Origin: Balanoglossus misakiensis
Taxonomy: Eukaryota; Animalia; Hemichordata
DNA: 64,000 bases
Assembly (NCBI GenBank): GCA_040954595.2
Contig: CM082592.2
Coordinates: forward strand, 1,302,001-1,366,000
Direction: 5' to 3'
Made by a program: the position numbers and the translations under genes. The notes beneath the pieces are model-generated. The model saw only the letters and a program-made list of their open reading frames with translations, made no database searches and was not told where the DNA came from. Positions within the stretch are counted from its first letter, which is position 1. Each line of letters starts with the position of its first letter. Below are positions 37,001-48,408 of this stretch, piece by piece.

Positions 37001-38772
37001 CACAGATAATGCCAGTGAATGAAAAATCAGCTGAAAATTTCCCCAAAAATGTGTGATCAGTGTAAAATTCAGCTTAACTCTCCCGGGATCACACAGATCA
37101 GTGAAAAATTCAGCTGACTTTTTACTGAAAGACTTTGTCATCCTTTATTTTGCGCCAGACCTTCCCAAAAATGTGTGATCAGTGTAAAATTCAGCTAAAC
37201 TTTCCAGGGATCACACAAATCAGTTAAAAATATAGCTGACTTTTTACTGAAAGACTTTGTTCATCATAAAATTCAGTTCAATTTTTTACCGAACATGAAG
37301 CCTAAAGTGGCTTTTGAAGGGATGAGAATGACCTTAAAAAGCAAATAATGATACAAACACGTCCAATAAATAGTTACACTTATATCTGATGAAAAATTTC
37401 TAAGATTTAAAAGGAATTCCGAAAATTGTCCGGAAATTCCGAAATTAGTTCGGAATGTGATACATTTAATTAATGTTCTGATAAGTGCTCTATTTCTGAA
37501 AATAATGCACTAAATGTGATTAAACTTGCTTCAGTTATTGATCTGATGCAGATCTGACTATGTCATAAGACTGTTAGCAGTATTATATAACTTAATTGCT
37601 AATATATTGAAACATATTTTATTGTTGCAAAAAGACAAATTTAGCAGTAAACTACATATTAAAAGCAAACCACAATATTCTTTTATATGGATATGGGTAT
37701 TGTCTAAAGATTTTAATACAAAGTAACAAAACTTATCAGCGTAACTTCTTTTTCTCAGTACCTACAATTATGCCATGTGGATGTCCCACCATTTCGTCAA
37801 GCGACCTTCGAGGCAACACCCTAGAAACAATAACAAATGTGCATTTCATAGATGATTGCTGTGCATATTGCCTAGCAAATTCCCAATGTGTCGCATGGAC
37901 CTTTAGCTTCCAAGGAAAGAACTGTTACTTGAGAAGCAGTATCACTGAAGTGGCCAATATATGGTGGAATCAGGCTGGAATTGTGACCAGACGTAAGGAG
38001 CACTGCTATATTATAATTGGAAAATAAACCTGCAGTAATTTCATATTATTTTTTTACTTTCCCAGACTTCATCGGATTGTTTACCATTAGTGACTTAATT
38101 AAATTTAAATGTGCAAATGAGCTAGTACTAAGTTTTGATGTGCAATTCTCTCTACCTTAAATAGGTTTTAAGCTACTTACGTGAGTGTTGAAAATCTCAT
38201 ATGGTCGACACAATTTCAAGATTGCCGGTTTTTTCCATGTTTAAGAAATGGGAGTTGATAAGCCGAAGTTATATTTGGTCATTCGGAAACTTTGTATAAG
38301 AAAAAAATGTGAAAAAATGATTGACTTTATAATATCAACTACAAAGTCAGAAATGTTTGATCAAAGGTAGTCACTAAATAGGCCTACTGTAAAAATATCT
38401 TTTTTCCTATCTCTTGATACAGCGAGGAGACGACTTTTTACCCAGGATGCAATTATTTACATGTGATTTGACCCCATAGCACAAAATGAAAACCTATTTC
38501 AGGCAGCCAGAATTAGCAATTGTTTCATGTCTCTCCAGATACCAGTAGTGATATGAAATGCTCCTACAGGTTTGTAGGCACCGATTTCCAAGGAATAAAT
38601 TTAGAAGTTGTGGCAAACATCGCCACCGCAGACGAATGCTGTGGTGCGTGTATTGAGAACTCCCATTGCACCATTTGGGTATACGACCTAGCTGCAAGAA
38701 ATTGTCATGTGAGACGTGACATTTACAAAGTTGCGAAAAGGAATTTGCTCATATCTGGAACTTTTAAAAGAG
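34029..38772 (+). CDS. Secreted C-type lectin + two PAN/Apple-domain protein (6 exons resolved; terminal exon not resolved)
   Basis: Exons 34029-34067, 34418-34439, 35999-36272, 36801-36871, 37759-37992 and 38539-38772 join in frame with GT-AG sites: signal peptide MKRDLLFALVLSQIYARVHS, CTLD (FWING, WADGEPSG, WDDVEC, YICE), and two PAN repeats. Confidence 0.88.
34418..34439 (+). CDS. CTL-PAN gene exon 2 (22-nt microexon)
   Basis: Strong pyrimidine tract and cag, IYARVHS plus G, GTGAGT donor; supplies the required phase 0 to 1 bridge. Confidence 0.75.
34454..35615. mobile_element. Harbinger-type MITE in lectin intron 2
   Basis: TIR GGACCGTTCAGTTTTTACGGC at both ends, TTA duplication, poly-G/poly-C subterminal tracts. 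Confidence 0.88.
35999..36272 (+). CDS. CTL-PAN gene exon 3 (C-type lectin domain, N-terminal part)
   Basis: AYDDAEASCESKGMILA...FWING...YQPWADGEPSGNGYCLQLW. Confidence 0.9.
36801..36871 (+). CDS. CTL-PAN gene exon 4 (C-type lectin domain, C-terminal part)
   Basis: HNYNRGWDDVECHQRKYYICEDL; phase 2 to 1. Confidence 0.9.
36943..37285. repeat. Intronic minisatellite
   Basis: Repeated AAAATTCAGCT...GGGATCACACAAATCAGTGAAAAATTCAGCTG units. Confidence 0.75.
37759..37992 (+). CDS. CTL-PAN gene exon 5 (PAN/Apple domain 1)
   Basis: DLRGNTL...DDCCAYCLANSQCVAWTF...NCYLRS; 234 nt, phase 1-1. Confidence 0.9.
38150..38370 (+). repeat. Dispersed repeat fragment shared with 63822-64000
   Basis: TAAATAGGT...GAAAATCTCAT...TTTAAGAAATGG...GAAACTTTGTA...AACTACAAAG is colinear at both sites. 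Confidence 0.65.
38539..38772 (+). CDS. CTL-PAN gene exon 6 (PAN/Apple domain 2)
   Basis: DFQGINL...DECCGACIENSHCTIWVY...NCHVRR...ISG; 234 nt, phase 1-1. Confidence 0.9.
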
Positions 38773-39868
38773 GTAAGCATAGGCGTACACTAGATAAATT
38801 ATCGAAGTTTACCGTTTGGACATGAAGAACGTGAACATTTGACACACACGCGCTTTGACACAGCTTGCCATTACTTCCATCTGTTATTCTCAGTGAAATG
38901 TATCGCACATCTGCCGTCGAACACAACATATTCGCCAAAACTTAATTAGCATTGTAACAACTAAACTAATTGCTAGGTGTCTAAAGTACGTGATGAGTAT
39001 TACACCTGGCAATCATTGATAACAACATCGAGGTGAAACACAACGTTCTCAAATGCACTCTGGTCCAAAGGGCGAGCTGTGATAATTACTGTTGTAATAT
39101 CCAAAGTGTCCATGGGTTTTCTTGCACTGTGCAGGTGTTTGTAATTGGTGGAACGAATATTAAAGAATATAGTACTTATCAATAACGAGCAGTAATGAGT
39201 AATAATAAGTATAACGAGTAGAACACGACAAAATAGAAGCAAACTTAGTTTTTCATAGATAACCTACAAAGTTACCCCCAGTCATATAAATCACACCCTT
39301 TACGACATACTCGGGGCTCCCTGCTCAATATATACCACACGAGAGAGAATTACAGTAATCTCGGTGACCCACCCTTCTGATAGTGGGGGGGGGGGGGGAG
39401 GGTCACTGCACTTCAGCCCGGAGAGGATCGGCGATGGGTCTGGAAGAATTGGTATACCTTAATAGTGTTACTTTCAAAAATGGCCGCTGACAGAAAATTG
39501 TCGGTCTCTTTTTTCGGCAGGGGCAGCTACAATCTTTCTCTACAATTGGAGGTAGTCAAATAACAATCACACCTATTCTCTTTCAACTAGATATCGTATT
39601 TGAACAGAAGTTATATGACCTTCTCTATGATTTATTGCTTGACAATCAGATAACGACGATGGCCTCGAAAGTGATTTATGAACGCGTCGGGAACTTTTTG
39701 CTTTTGTTGAATTTATTCAAACGCCCTTTTGTTTTTAATCGTCTTCGTCGATTTTTCGTCAGATTCCTGTTTAATGTGAAACGCACCGAAGAGGTTATTA
39801 CGGTTGGTTCTCTTTAACTCTATTATTGAACAAATGTAAATTAATTTCTGTTGAATAACACCACTGAG

Positions 39869-39960
39869 TTAGGGCCTAAGCGCATGCAAGCGCTTGGGCC
39901 CTACTGGTTTCGTTGAAATTTTTCTGTATTTCTTTATTCTTCTCGTGCATTCATAGTTCT
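39869..39960 (+). mobile_element. Helentron-like terminus
   Basis: Hairpin TAGGGCCTAAGCGCATGCAAGCGCTTGGGCCCTA followed by a TTC-rich tract; same layout as the 22360-22428 end. Confidence 0.55.
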
Positions 39961-39984
39961 GATTACTTTCGCCTAGTGTGCATG

Positions 39985-41161
39985 CATACATCCATACATC
40001 AATACATACATACATACATACACACATACATACATACATACATATTAGACTCTCTCACAGCCCACGGTTCGCTACGCGCCCTCAACCGTTTGGCAAGGGA
40101 GAAGCACCGTCTGGTGTTGTGTAGCTAACCTTAGGGCTGTTAACACTTATTTTTTGGAATATATTTTCGATTTTTCTGATTAGCTAAGCGTCTGAGCACA
40201 TTGGGCAAGATTCCTGCCCGATATGATGGAAGGGTTTCCTGAGTACCGAGATTGACAGATCTGCTCTAGCCAGTATGGGTAAACATGATACCAGCTGTAT
40301 ACTAATTAAAATCCCCTTGGGACAAACAACAAGTCTCCTTATTATCCAACAAACATAACGTTCTTACCAGATAAAATACAGTGGTGGGTTTACACTAGAT
40401 AAAGACAACTACGCAAGTTTTAGTCATGAAATGTAAAAGAATAAAACAACATGGTGAGGTTTAGTCTACCATGGCCATGTAGACAGGATGAACCCCAATG
40501 AAACCAACCGATTCGTAATTTCACTTTTATGTCCAAACTTAATCACAAGCAGCAGATTAATATGGCAAAATTAGAAAGGTTATGCCAAACTTGGTCTCTT
40601 AAACTGCCGATTATACATTGATTTTTTTTTTTTTGCAAATTCGACAGTCTCTTGAATCTGCTGTAAGCTAAATTGTTGAATGAAAGAGATCGTTTACAAG
40701 TGTTTACAGCAAGAGATTGCATTGTTATGAAATGTAAGTGAAACTAGTATCTGGTTAACCATGGGGAGTCCTCAATCATAGACAGTAGTAATGCTTTGTA
40801 TCTTGTAAACAGAAAGGTCAATCTCAAGAGCATGGACCAATGGCAGAGAAAATGCAAAATCCAGGGCGGGATTTGGATTAGCCAATCGAAAAATCGAAAA
40901 TAAAATAGAGAAAACAGTGATAACAGCCCCTCTCGGTGGACACACATGCAATCAGACTAAAAGCCTGCATGGACGACGAGAGGGGCTGTGAGAGAGTCTA
41001 ACACATACATACATACATACATACATACATACATACATACATACATACATACATACATACATACATACATACATACATACATACATACATACATACATAC
41101 ATACATACATACATACATACATACATACATACATACATACATACATACATACATACATACA

Positions 41162-41195
<34 letters not shown>

Positions 41196-41328
41196 GATAT
41201 ATACATACATACATACATACATACATACATACATACATACATACATACATACATACATACATACATACATACATACATACATACATACATACATACATAC
41301 ATACATACATACATGTACACACACACAC
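39985..41328. repeat. (CATA)n microsatellite split by an insertion (39985-40044 and 41002-41328)
   Basis: Directly visible; the right block is about 320 bp. Confidence 0.97.
40045..41001. mobile_element. Inverted-repeat-bounded element inserted into the (CATA)n tract (CryptonV-like)
   Basis: Perfect 19-bp inverted ends TTAGACTCTCTCACAGCCC / GGGCTGTGAGAGAGTCTAA. Confidence 0.7.
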
Positions 41329-41405
41329 TGGACTCACTCATCAAGAGACTAAACTAACGAAATAACGTTCTAGAGAGTATCCTTCTTTTCGTTTCTCCAA
41401 CTACC

Positions 41406-43073
41406 CTTACTTTACATACATACTATACACGTACATATGTATTTAGGTACGTACGTATACATACTATTTTAAGTTGCATTGTTTCATCGCTTCTAAATAT
41501 TCGCGATAATTATTATACTATATTTTCTGTTTTACAGTCTAACTGGCATTGGAAATATACATACAAGAAAAAAACAAGTTGACCTCACGTGGTGAAAATT
41601 TATCTTGGTGGTGTTGCATTGTTTTAGTGTTACATTTCTTTTACAGATTTAGTTGATATGTACTCGTCAGTGTGAATGGTTAAACGAATTAAATACCAGT
41701 GTAACGCATCTCTTAAATGTCTTCTATAAGTTCAGTAAGGAAAGATCAATTTGTCGGTTAGATTATTTGTTTGGTGAGTGGTTATGGGAGGTTGAAATGA
41801 TTGATGACCCGCATCTTTTGCCGTTGCTATGGACCTTTATAGAACAGTAAATACAATTTTGAACGTAACCGCTATGAACGTTAGACATGAGGCTTGTAAG
41901 GATTGCGCGCACACCCCCTGTCCGAGTATGGTTACGGAAGCTACCGCCCGGCCAAAGTACGCCAGGCTACAACGACAAAGCAGCAATCAGCGATAGTGTC
42001 TGCGTTCTGTCATTTTCACAGGCATGTACGCCAGTCAAATTTGAGCTGCTGACAGAGACCTCACTTCTGAAAAGCGTGAAGGATCGTTTAACGGTAATCG
42101 TCGCTAAGAAAACACCCAAAATCGATTATTTTTCACTGATGGTACGGGTATGCTATAATCTAAAGATCGAACGACCATATTCGAAAATGAAATCCTTCAT
42201 GAAATTTTCTGGTTCGTGCAACTAACGAATATGTATCAAGTTCGTTGTGGAGGTCATGGACTGAAAAGCCTAAGGTTTTTAAAATTTGGCCTATTTAATT
42301 TGTATACCAATGGCGATACCACTCACCGACCTTGGAACAGACAACATCACTGTTTGACCGGTGACTCGATATCGATGTCCGCCAAAAGCCATTGTGAAAC
42401 ATCTCTTTTTATAGGACCATGGTACAAATGTACAAAGTACATAATCATAAAATACCGTAATTAGAGGCTGAGAGCTACAGACCTGTCGACCACGGGCGTA
42501 TACTGTGGACATTTTATCGCACTAATAATAGTGTTGAGCATTGTCCGTGCCTCCGCCATTAACCCTTTTAACTCCACTTAACAGTATTAAGCGTTTAGGA
42601 CAATATAAAGATGAATACGCACAATATTCCAAAATGTCGAAGTGTTTTGTTGTTTATAGACGGCGTAAGGTTGACTGAAGAATAAGGAGGGCATATCGAC
42701 CCTAGGGGGGTTAGCATTTTCTACACACTAGGGTTATCTGCACAGAATGTAGAGCGAAGAACACCAGTGTGTATATTTATTGGTCGAGATACAATTTTAT
42801 CCCCAATCAAAATAGGTTGGAGCTAGCATTATCTTTAATAGATTAAACAGATGGAGTGGCAGAGTGCCTCCTCTTCAGGGATATAATTTACATTTAACTG
42901 TACAACTTTAAAAGAGCAAAGCTCGGTGGAAAACCCGATAATATGCTGGATGTTCTTACACTATCCAACGAAAACCACGAAGAACGGCTATTGCGATGAA
43001 ACGTGATCTCTTGTTTGCTCTGGTACTCAGCCAGGTGAGTTAAAGCTGCATTAGCTGTGAGCTTTCGCTGTGT
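41406..43073 (+). repeat. Segmental duplication copy B (lectin upstream region plus exon 1)
   Basis: Colinear with 32182-34104; lacks about 420 bp (32936-33350) and has about 150 bp extra near 41530-41680. Confidence 0.92.
42996..43034 (+). pseudogene. Orphan duplicate of CTL-PAN exon 1
   Basis: Identical 39 nt (MKRDLLFALVLSQ) with GTGAGT donor; homology stops 39 nt into the intron and no further CTL or PAN exons were seen downstream. Confidence 0.7.
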
Positions 43074-43535
43074 TTTACTTCTTGTGACCAATTTAACACT
43101 GATTGGTCAACCAAAATAGTTATAATGAAAAGGAATAAAATGATATCGAAATAACCACTGTGACAAGTTTCAACAAATTGCAGAGCCAGGGCAATGGGGT
43201 GATTAATACCATTACACAGCCAGGGCATTCTTCGCCAGAGTTTAGTTTTGACGTCGGTGGAGCAGATGGGGAGAGGCAGTCTTGGGGTGTTGTCTTTGTT
43301 TGAGCGGGAATCTTCTAATATTTCCGGCAAGCGGAGGTAGAGTCTGGCCGTATCCCTAACATGCCGGAGACACATCTGCCGGGTGTCTCAGTGTCCAGGG
43401 ATGTATTCCCCTGGTGGAACACCGCCACCATCCCCGAAGGGAAGTTGCCGCAACAGTCTCGTTCTGGGAGTCGGCGGAGGGTCAGACGGAATAGTGCCCT
43501 CGCGCTCACCCAAATAGTGGAGCGGCCAAACCCCA

Positions 43536-46500
43536 ATTCTATTACGTCATCAACACTCAAGGAATCACATGAGACTGCACTGCGCATGTGTAGCTTCAGT
43601 GTGCTGCGAGATTTTGTAGACGTAACACGTTTTTGTTCGTCTACTCTCTGAACAATAGATTATTGTTTTCAGTGTAGCTTCGCTGAAGCTTCGTCTGTTG
43701 ACGTGGTCAACAACTACGGCGTCGAAGTCTAAGGCTAAAGACAGTATTTCTAAAGGCTTGAGTGGTGCAACCACTACTGAGAAAGGTAAATGACGCAAAA
43801 CTGATACTGATAGTGATAAAGTCAGTGTCGCTGACGCTCCACAGGCATCCACGAGTTCTGGGGCCAGTGCAGCTGGTCAAGAACAAAGCACCAACATGGC
43901 GGCCATATTAAACGATGGTCAAGGTAAGCTTACAGCCCGAATGGATAAACTCGAAGCCGAATGTTACTACGAGGGTAGTGACATGGAAGGAATTAAAATT
44001 CGGCAGATGAGACTCGTTCTCTTGAACGTCACATTCCGGACGCGTCCGAAGTTACAGTAAATGACGACACTGCAAGTGCTGGTCACACGGAAAAGACAAG
44101 TGTCTTCAAGGACATTGCAAATAAGTTTCTTGTAAAGGAACAATGTGACGAGCCAATTGATGATGATTTCGCAAAAATGATAAATGCGCTGTTTCGAGAT
44201 GGCATTTCTGACGAGAAATATAATGACCTGGCCAAGAAATTCAATCGTCCATCAAATTGTCAAGGGCTGTCTAGTGTGAGAGTCAATCAGTTTATATGGC
44301 ACACCATTCGCCCTGAAACTAGAAGTTTGGACACTAAATTCCAAGCTCTGCAGACATCACTGGTTAAGGGTGCAGTTTGTGTGACGAAATTGGTTAGTGC
44401 ACTAGCCAAGTATAAAGAACGTCCATCGGACATTGACAATGCCGAGTTGCAGAATTTATTAGATATTGGCACTGATTCGTTGGCATTGTTCGGCAATACC
44501 AATCGTTTTATCAACCTTCGCAGAAGGGATTGTATGAAGGCCGACCTAAAGCACGATTACCTACATTTATGCTCGTCAACAGTGCCGTATTCTGAGCTTT
44601 TGTTCGGTGATGATATCACCAAAAGAGTGAAGGACATCCAAGAAGTTAATAGGCTGGTAACCAAATCAGTTCTTGGCAACAGCGAGGTACCTCTTACCGA
44701 GGTAGATACAGAGGGCGTGGCTTTCGATACAGAGGAAGAGGTCGTGCCAACTTTAGAGGCCAGAATGTGTCAATAAACTACTCACAATGCCTGAGAAACG
44801 AGGCCAAGCATCATAAATAATGGATGATAGAAGTGCATCTTCTTCATTACCAGTAAATACTTGTACTTCTGCAATGCAACCTATTTTTCAAGCAGGCAGA
44901 CTGAAATATTTTGAACAACAATGGCGAAATCTTACTAATGACGAAAGAATTATTAATATTGCACTTCATGCACATATTGAGTTTATCGATGATAAACCGC
45001 CTATACAATATGATTTACCAAATTTGTCACCCTTCAGCGTGGCTGAGGAAGAAATTATCAGTAATATAATCGACAAGTTTGTATCTAAGAAAGTGATTGT
45101 GAAATCACAACATTGTACTGGTGAATTCATTTCACCAATATTTGTTGTACCTAAAAAAGATGGTACTCATAGAATGATTCTCAACTTAAAGAGTTTGAAT
45201 AATTATGTGCACATTTGAAACTGCTTTAAGGCTGATAACACCTGGTTGTTACATGGCATCTGTTGATCTTAAAGATGCATATTATACGGTTCCAATTGCA
45301 GAGGAACATCAGAAATACCTGAAATTTCAATGGAAAGGGTCATTGTTTCAGTATACTTGCTTGCCAAATGGGATTGCATCAGCCCCACGTATGTTCACTA
45401 AACTACTTTAACCCATGTATGCTACGCTAAGACAGTTAGGTCATATTATTATGGGTTATATTGATGATTCACTTCTTGTAGGGAGTGATATCATTACATG
45501 CAAACAAAATATTTCTGACACTGTGAATTTAGTAACACAGCTTGGGTTTATTCATCACCCAGATAAATCTGTACTCATACCTACCCAAAAACTTACCTTC
45601 TTGGTTTTGATATTGACTCAGTGTCAATGACTGTTACCTTAACACAGGAAAACATTGACAAAATGATTAATGAATGTAATTCACTACTGAGGAAAGAACA
45701 CGAGTCAATACAACTAGTTGCCAAAGTTATAGGCTTGATGATATCAAGTATACCTGGTGTTGAATTTGGACCGTTGTTACCGTTCTCTTGAGATGGCTAA
45801 AATTAGAGCTTTACAACACCATAATGGTAACTATGATGCTTTTATAGTTATTACCCCAAAATGAAAGGGGATTTGACCTGGTGGGTCACAAACTTACCTC
45901 ATGAAAAGCGTTTCATTACTAAAGGGAATGCAGATATTACAATCTGTTGTGATGCCTCCACATTAGGTTTTGGGGTCAGCTGTGAAGGAAAAAAGGGTAG
46001 GGGCAGGTGGACATCGGAGGAGGCCAACCATCATATTAACTATTTGGAATTATTGGCAATCTACTTTGCTTTGAGGTGTTTTGAACAATCAATTCAAAAT
46101 CAGCATGTGAAAGTATTGTGTGACAATACTACTGCAGTGGCCTATATAAATTATATGGGTGGTACCAGGTCGGTACAGTGCAATGATATTGCTAAGACAA
46201 TCTGGCTCTGGTGTAGAGACAGGAAGGTTTGGCTTACAGCTTCCGATTTACCAGGGTCACTAAATATAGAAGCTGATCTTGAATCAAGACAATTCAAGGA
46301 GCAAACTGAGTGGAAACTTAATCCATCTGGATTTGAGCTCATTTCAAATAAATTGGGACTTCTCTCAATTGATTTGTTTGCTAGTAGATTGAATAATCAA
46401 CTCCAACACTTTGTGTCATGGAAACCTGATCCAGATGCATGGCATATAGATGCATTTACAATTAACTGGAAGTCTCCTTATTTTTATGCATTTCCTCCCT

Positions 46501-48408
46501 TTAGTGTCATCGGAAAATGCACACAGAAAGTATTAATGGATCAAGCAACTGGTATACTGATCACACCATTGTGGCCAACACAGCCTTGGTTCACACAGTT
46601 ATTGAGAATGCTAGTGGATCACCCACTTCTACTGCCAAGAGTGGACAGCCTTTTGAGACTCCCACAATCTCAGAGACTTAATCCCTTGAGGAAAAAACTG
46701 CAACTGATGGCTTGTCTTGTGTCAGGCAATAACTGCAGAAGCAAAACATATCTGGAGGGGCAGCCTCCATCATCATGGCGTCCTGGAGACAAGGCACCAA
46801 AAACAGTATGCAACATACACCAGAAGGTGGCTACAGTTTTGTCGTAAGTGGCAGACAGATCCGTTTCATCCACCTATAAGTCTAGTGTTGGATTTTATAA
46901 CTGAACTATTCAATTCTGGAATAAGTTACAGTGCCCTTAACACGGCAAGATCTGTTTTATCTGCATTGTGTTCTGGTAATCAACGGACTACAATTCGTGC
47001 GCACCCACTTGTTGTTAGGTTCATGAAAGGGGTTTTCAACCTTCGACCTACTATCTCCAGATACAGTCATGTGTGGGATGTCAGCAAGGTTTGACATTAC
47101 TTCAAGACTTGTTCACCAGTAACTGAACATACTTTGAAAATACTTACCTTGAAATTGGTTATGTTACTAGCTTTAGTAACTGCTGCACATGGACAGTCGT
47201 TGCATCTCTTTAGTTTGAAGTCTATGGCTATGAATGAGGGTTCATATATATTTACTTATGACAGTTTACTCAAACAGAGTAGACCAGGGTTTGTCAACCC
47301 CTTAGTAGTTTTGAGAAAATATGAACCAGACAGGAGTTTGTGTGTCTGCGATACAAGACTGAATATTTAGCCCGTACTAAATCTATTCGCAACAATGAAT
47401 GTTAACTTTTTGTAAGTTATCTGAAGCCCTTTAAGGCTGTTTCTAAGACAACCATAAGTCGTTGGCTTCGTAAAGTCATGGCTAGATCAGGTATTGACAG
47501 TAATGTTTTTAAAGCTCATAGTGTAAGAGCTGCTGCTACTTCTAGAGCCAAACAGAGTATGTTTCCAATAGATGTTATTTTGTCCAGGGCTGGATGGTCC
47601 TCAACCTGTACCTTTGCAAAGTGTTATGATAAACCTGTTAATGAGGACAGTGATGTATTTGCTGAAAGTGTTTTGAAACTTTAGTTTATTTATTTATTTA
47701 AGCAATAAAACACCCCCAGCCATGGTATGCCACGAGATTTTGACCAGTTCACGACATATACGCACGAGCGATAGCGAGTGCGTATATGGAGTTGAACTGG
47801 TCAAAATCGAGTGGTATACCATGGCTGGGGGTGTTTTATTGCTATTATATTATGCCAGTATATTGAAACTTTGCATAAAACATTTTAAAAAGGCATTTTC
47901 TTTAACTATGATATATGACTGTGGTATATGGCTAATATATCACGGTCACGTGTCGTGTCTCGACCAATCAAATAGCGTGATTTACACCATCAATATACTG
48001 GTATAATATAATTATTTATACAGAAGCTACTGTATATCATTTTATTTATGAGTATATAAAGTACATTGAAATGTGTATTTGTTTCATTCGCATGTCTTTG
48101 CTTTAAAGTCTCATGTGATTCCTTGAGTGTTGATGACGTAATAGAATCCCCCAATTAAACAAAACTTACCTGGAAGTTGATGTTTGGTAGGGATTCTATG
48201 TAGTCATCTTGAACACGAAAGGGATCACATGCCCACCCAGGTAATCCCACCCTTAGGGTGAGTTGTAGACATGCTCATTCAACCTTTGCAGTCTGAAGCT
48301 ACACATGCGCAGTGCAGTCTCACGTGATCCATTTTCGTGTTCAAGATGACTACATAGAATCCCTACCAAACATCAACTTCCAGGTCAGTTTGGTTTAATT
48401 GGGGGATT
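43536..48408 (+). mobile_element. Structurally complete but mutated DIRS-type tyrosine-recombinase retrotransposon
   Basis: Inverted termini (43539-43598 and 48293 onward) and ICR at 48108-48231. gag-like 44177-44776. RT: RMILNLKSLN, SVDLKDAYY, YIDD. RNase H: CDAS...INYLEL...CDNTTAV. Methyltransferase-like IDLFAS...YAFPPF. YR: FKAHSVRAAATS...AGWSS. Frameshifts and stops present. Confidence 0.95.
47693..48010. mobile_element. CryptonA-like non-autonomous hairpin element inside the DIRS 3' region
   Basis: Near-perfect hairpin of about 144 bp (47701-47844) centred on GAGCGATAGCGAG, plus a GTCACGTG...GACCAATC motif. Confidence 0.65.

Noticed and set aside
40952-41365. Four overlapping ORFs of 108-130 aa (MYVC/YIHT repeats)
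   Set aside because: They are translations of the (CATA)n microsatellite.
43190-43514. GC-rich stretch after the orphan exon as a candidate next exon
   Set aside because: No recognisable domain and no convincing splice sites.
45861-47684. Methyltransferase plus tyrosine recombinase read as a bacterial/phage or restriction-modification insert
   Set aside because: Both lie within a DIRS retrotransposon with gag, RT, RNase H, inverted termini and ICR.
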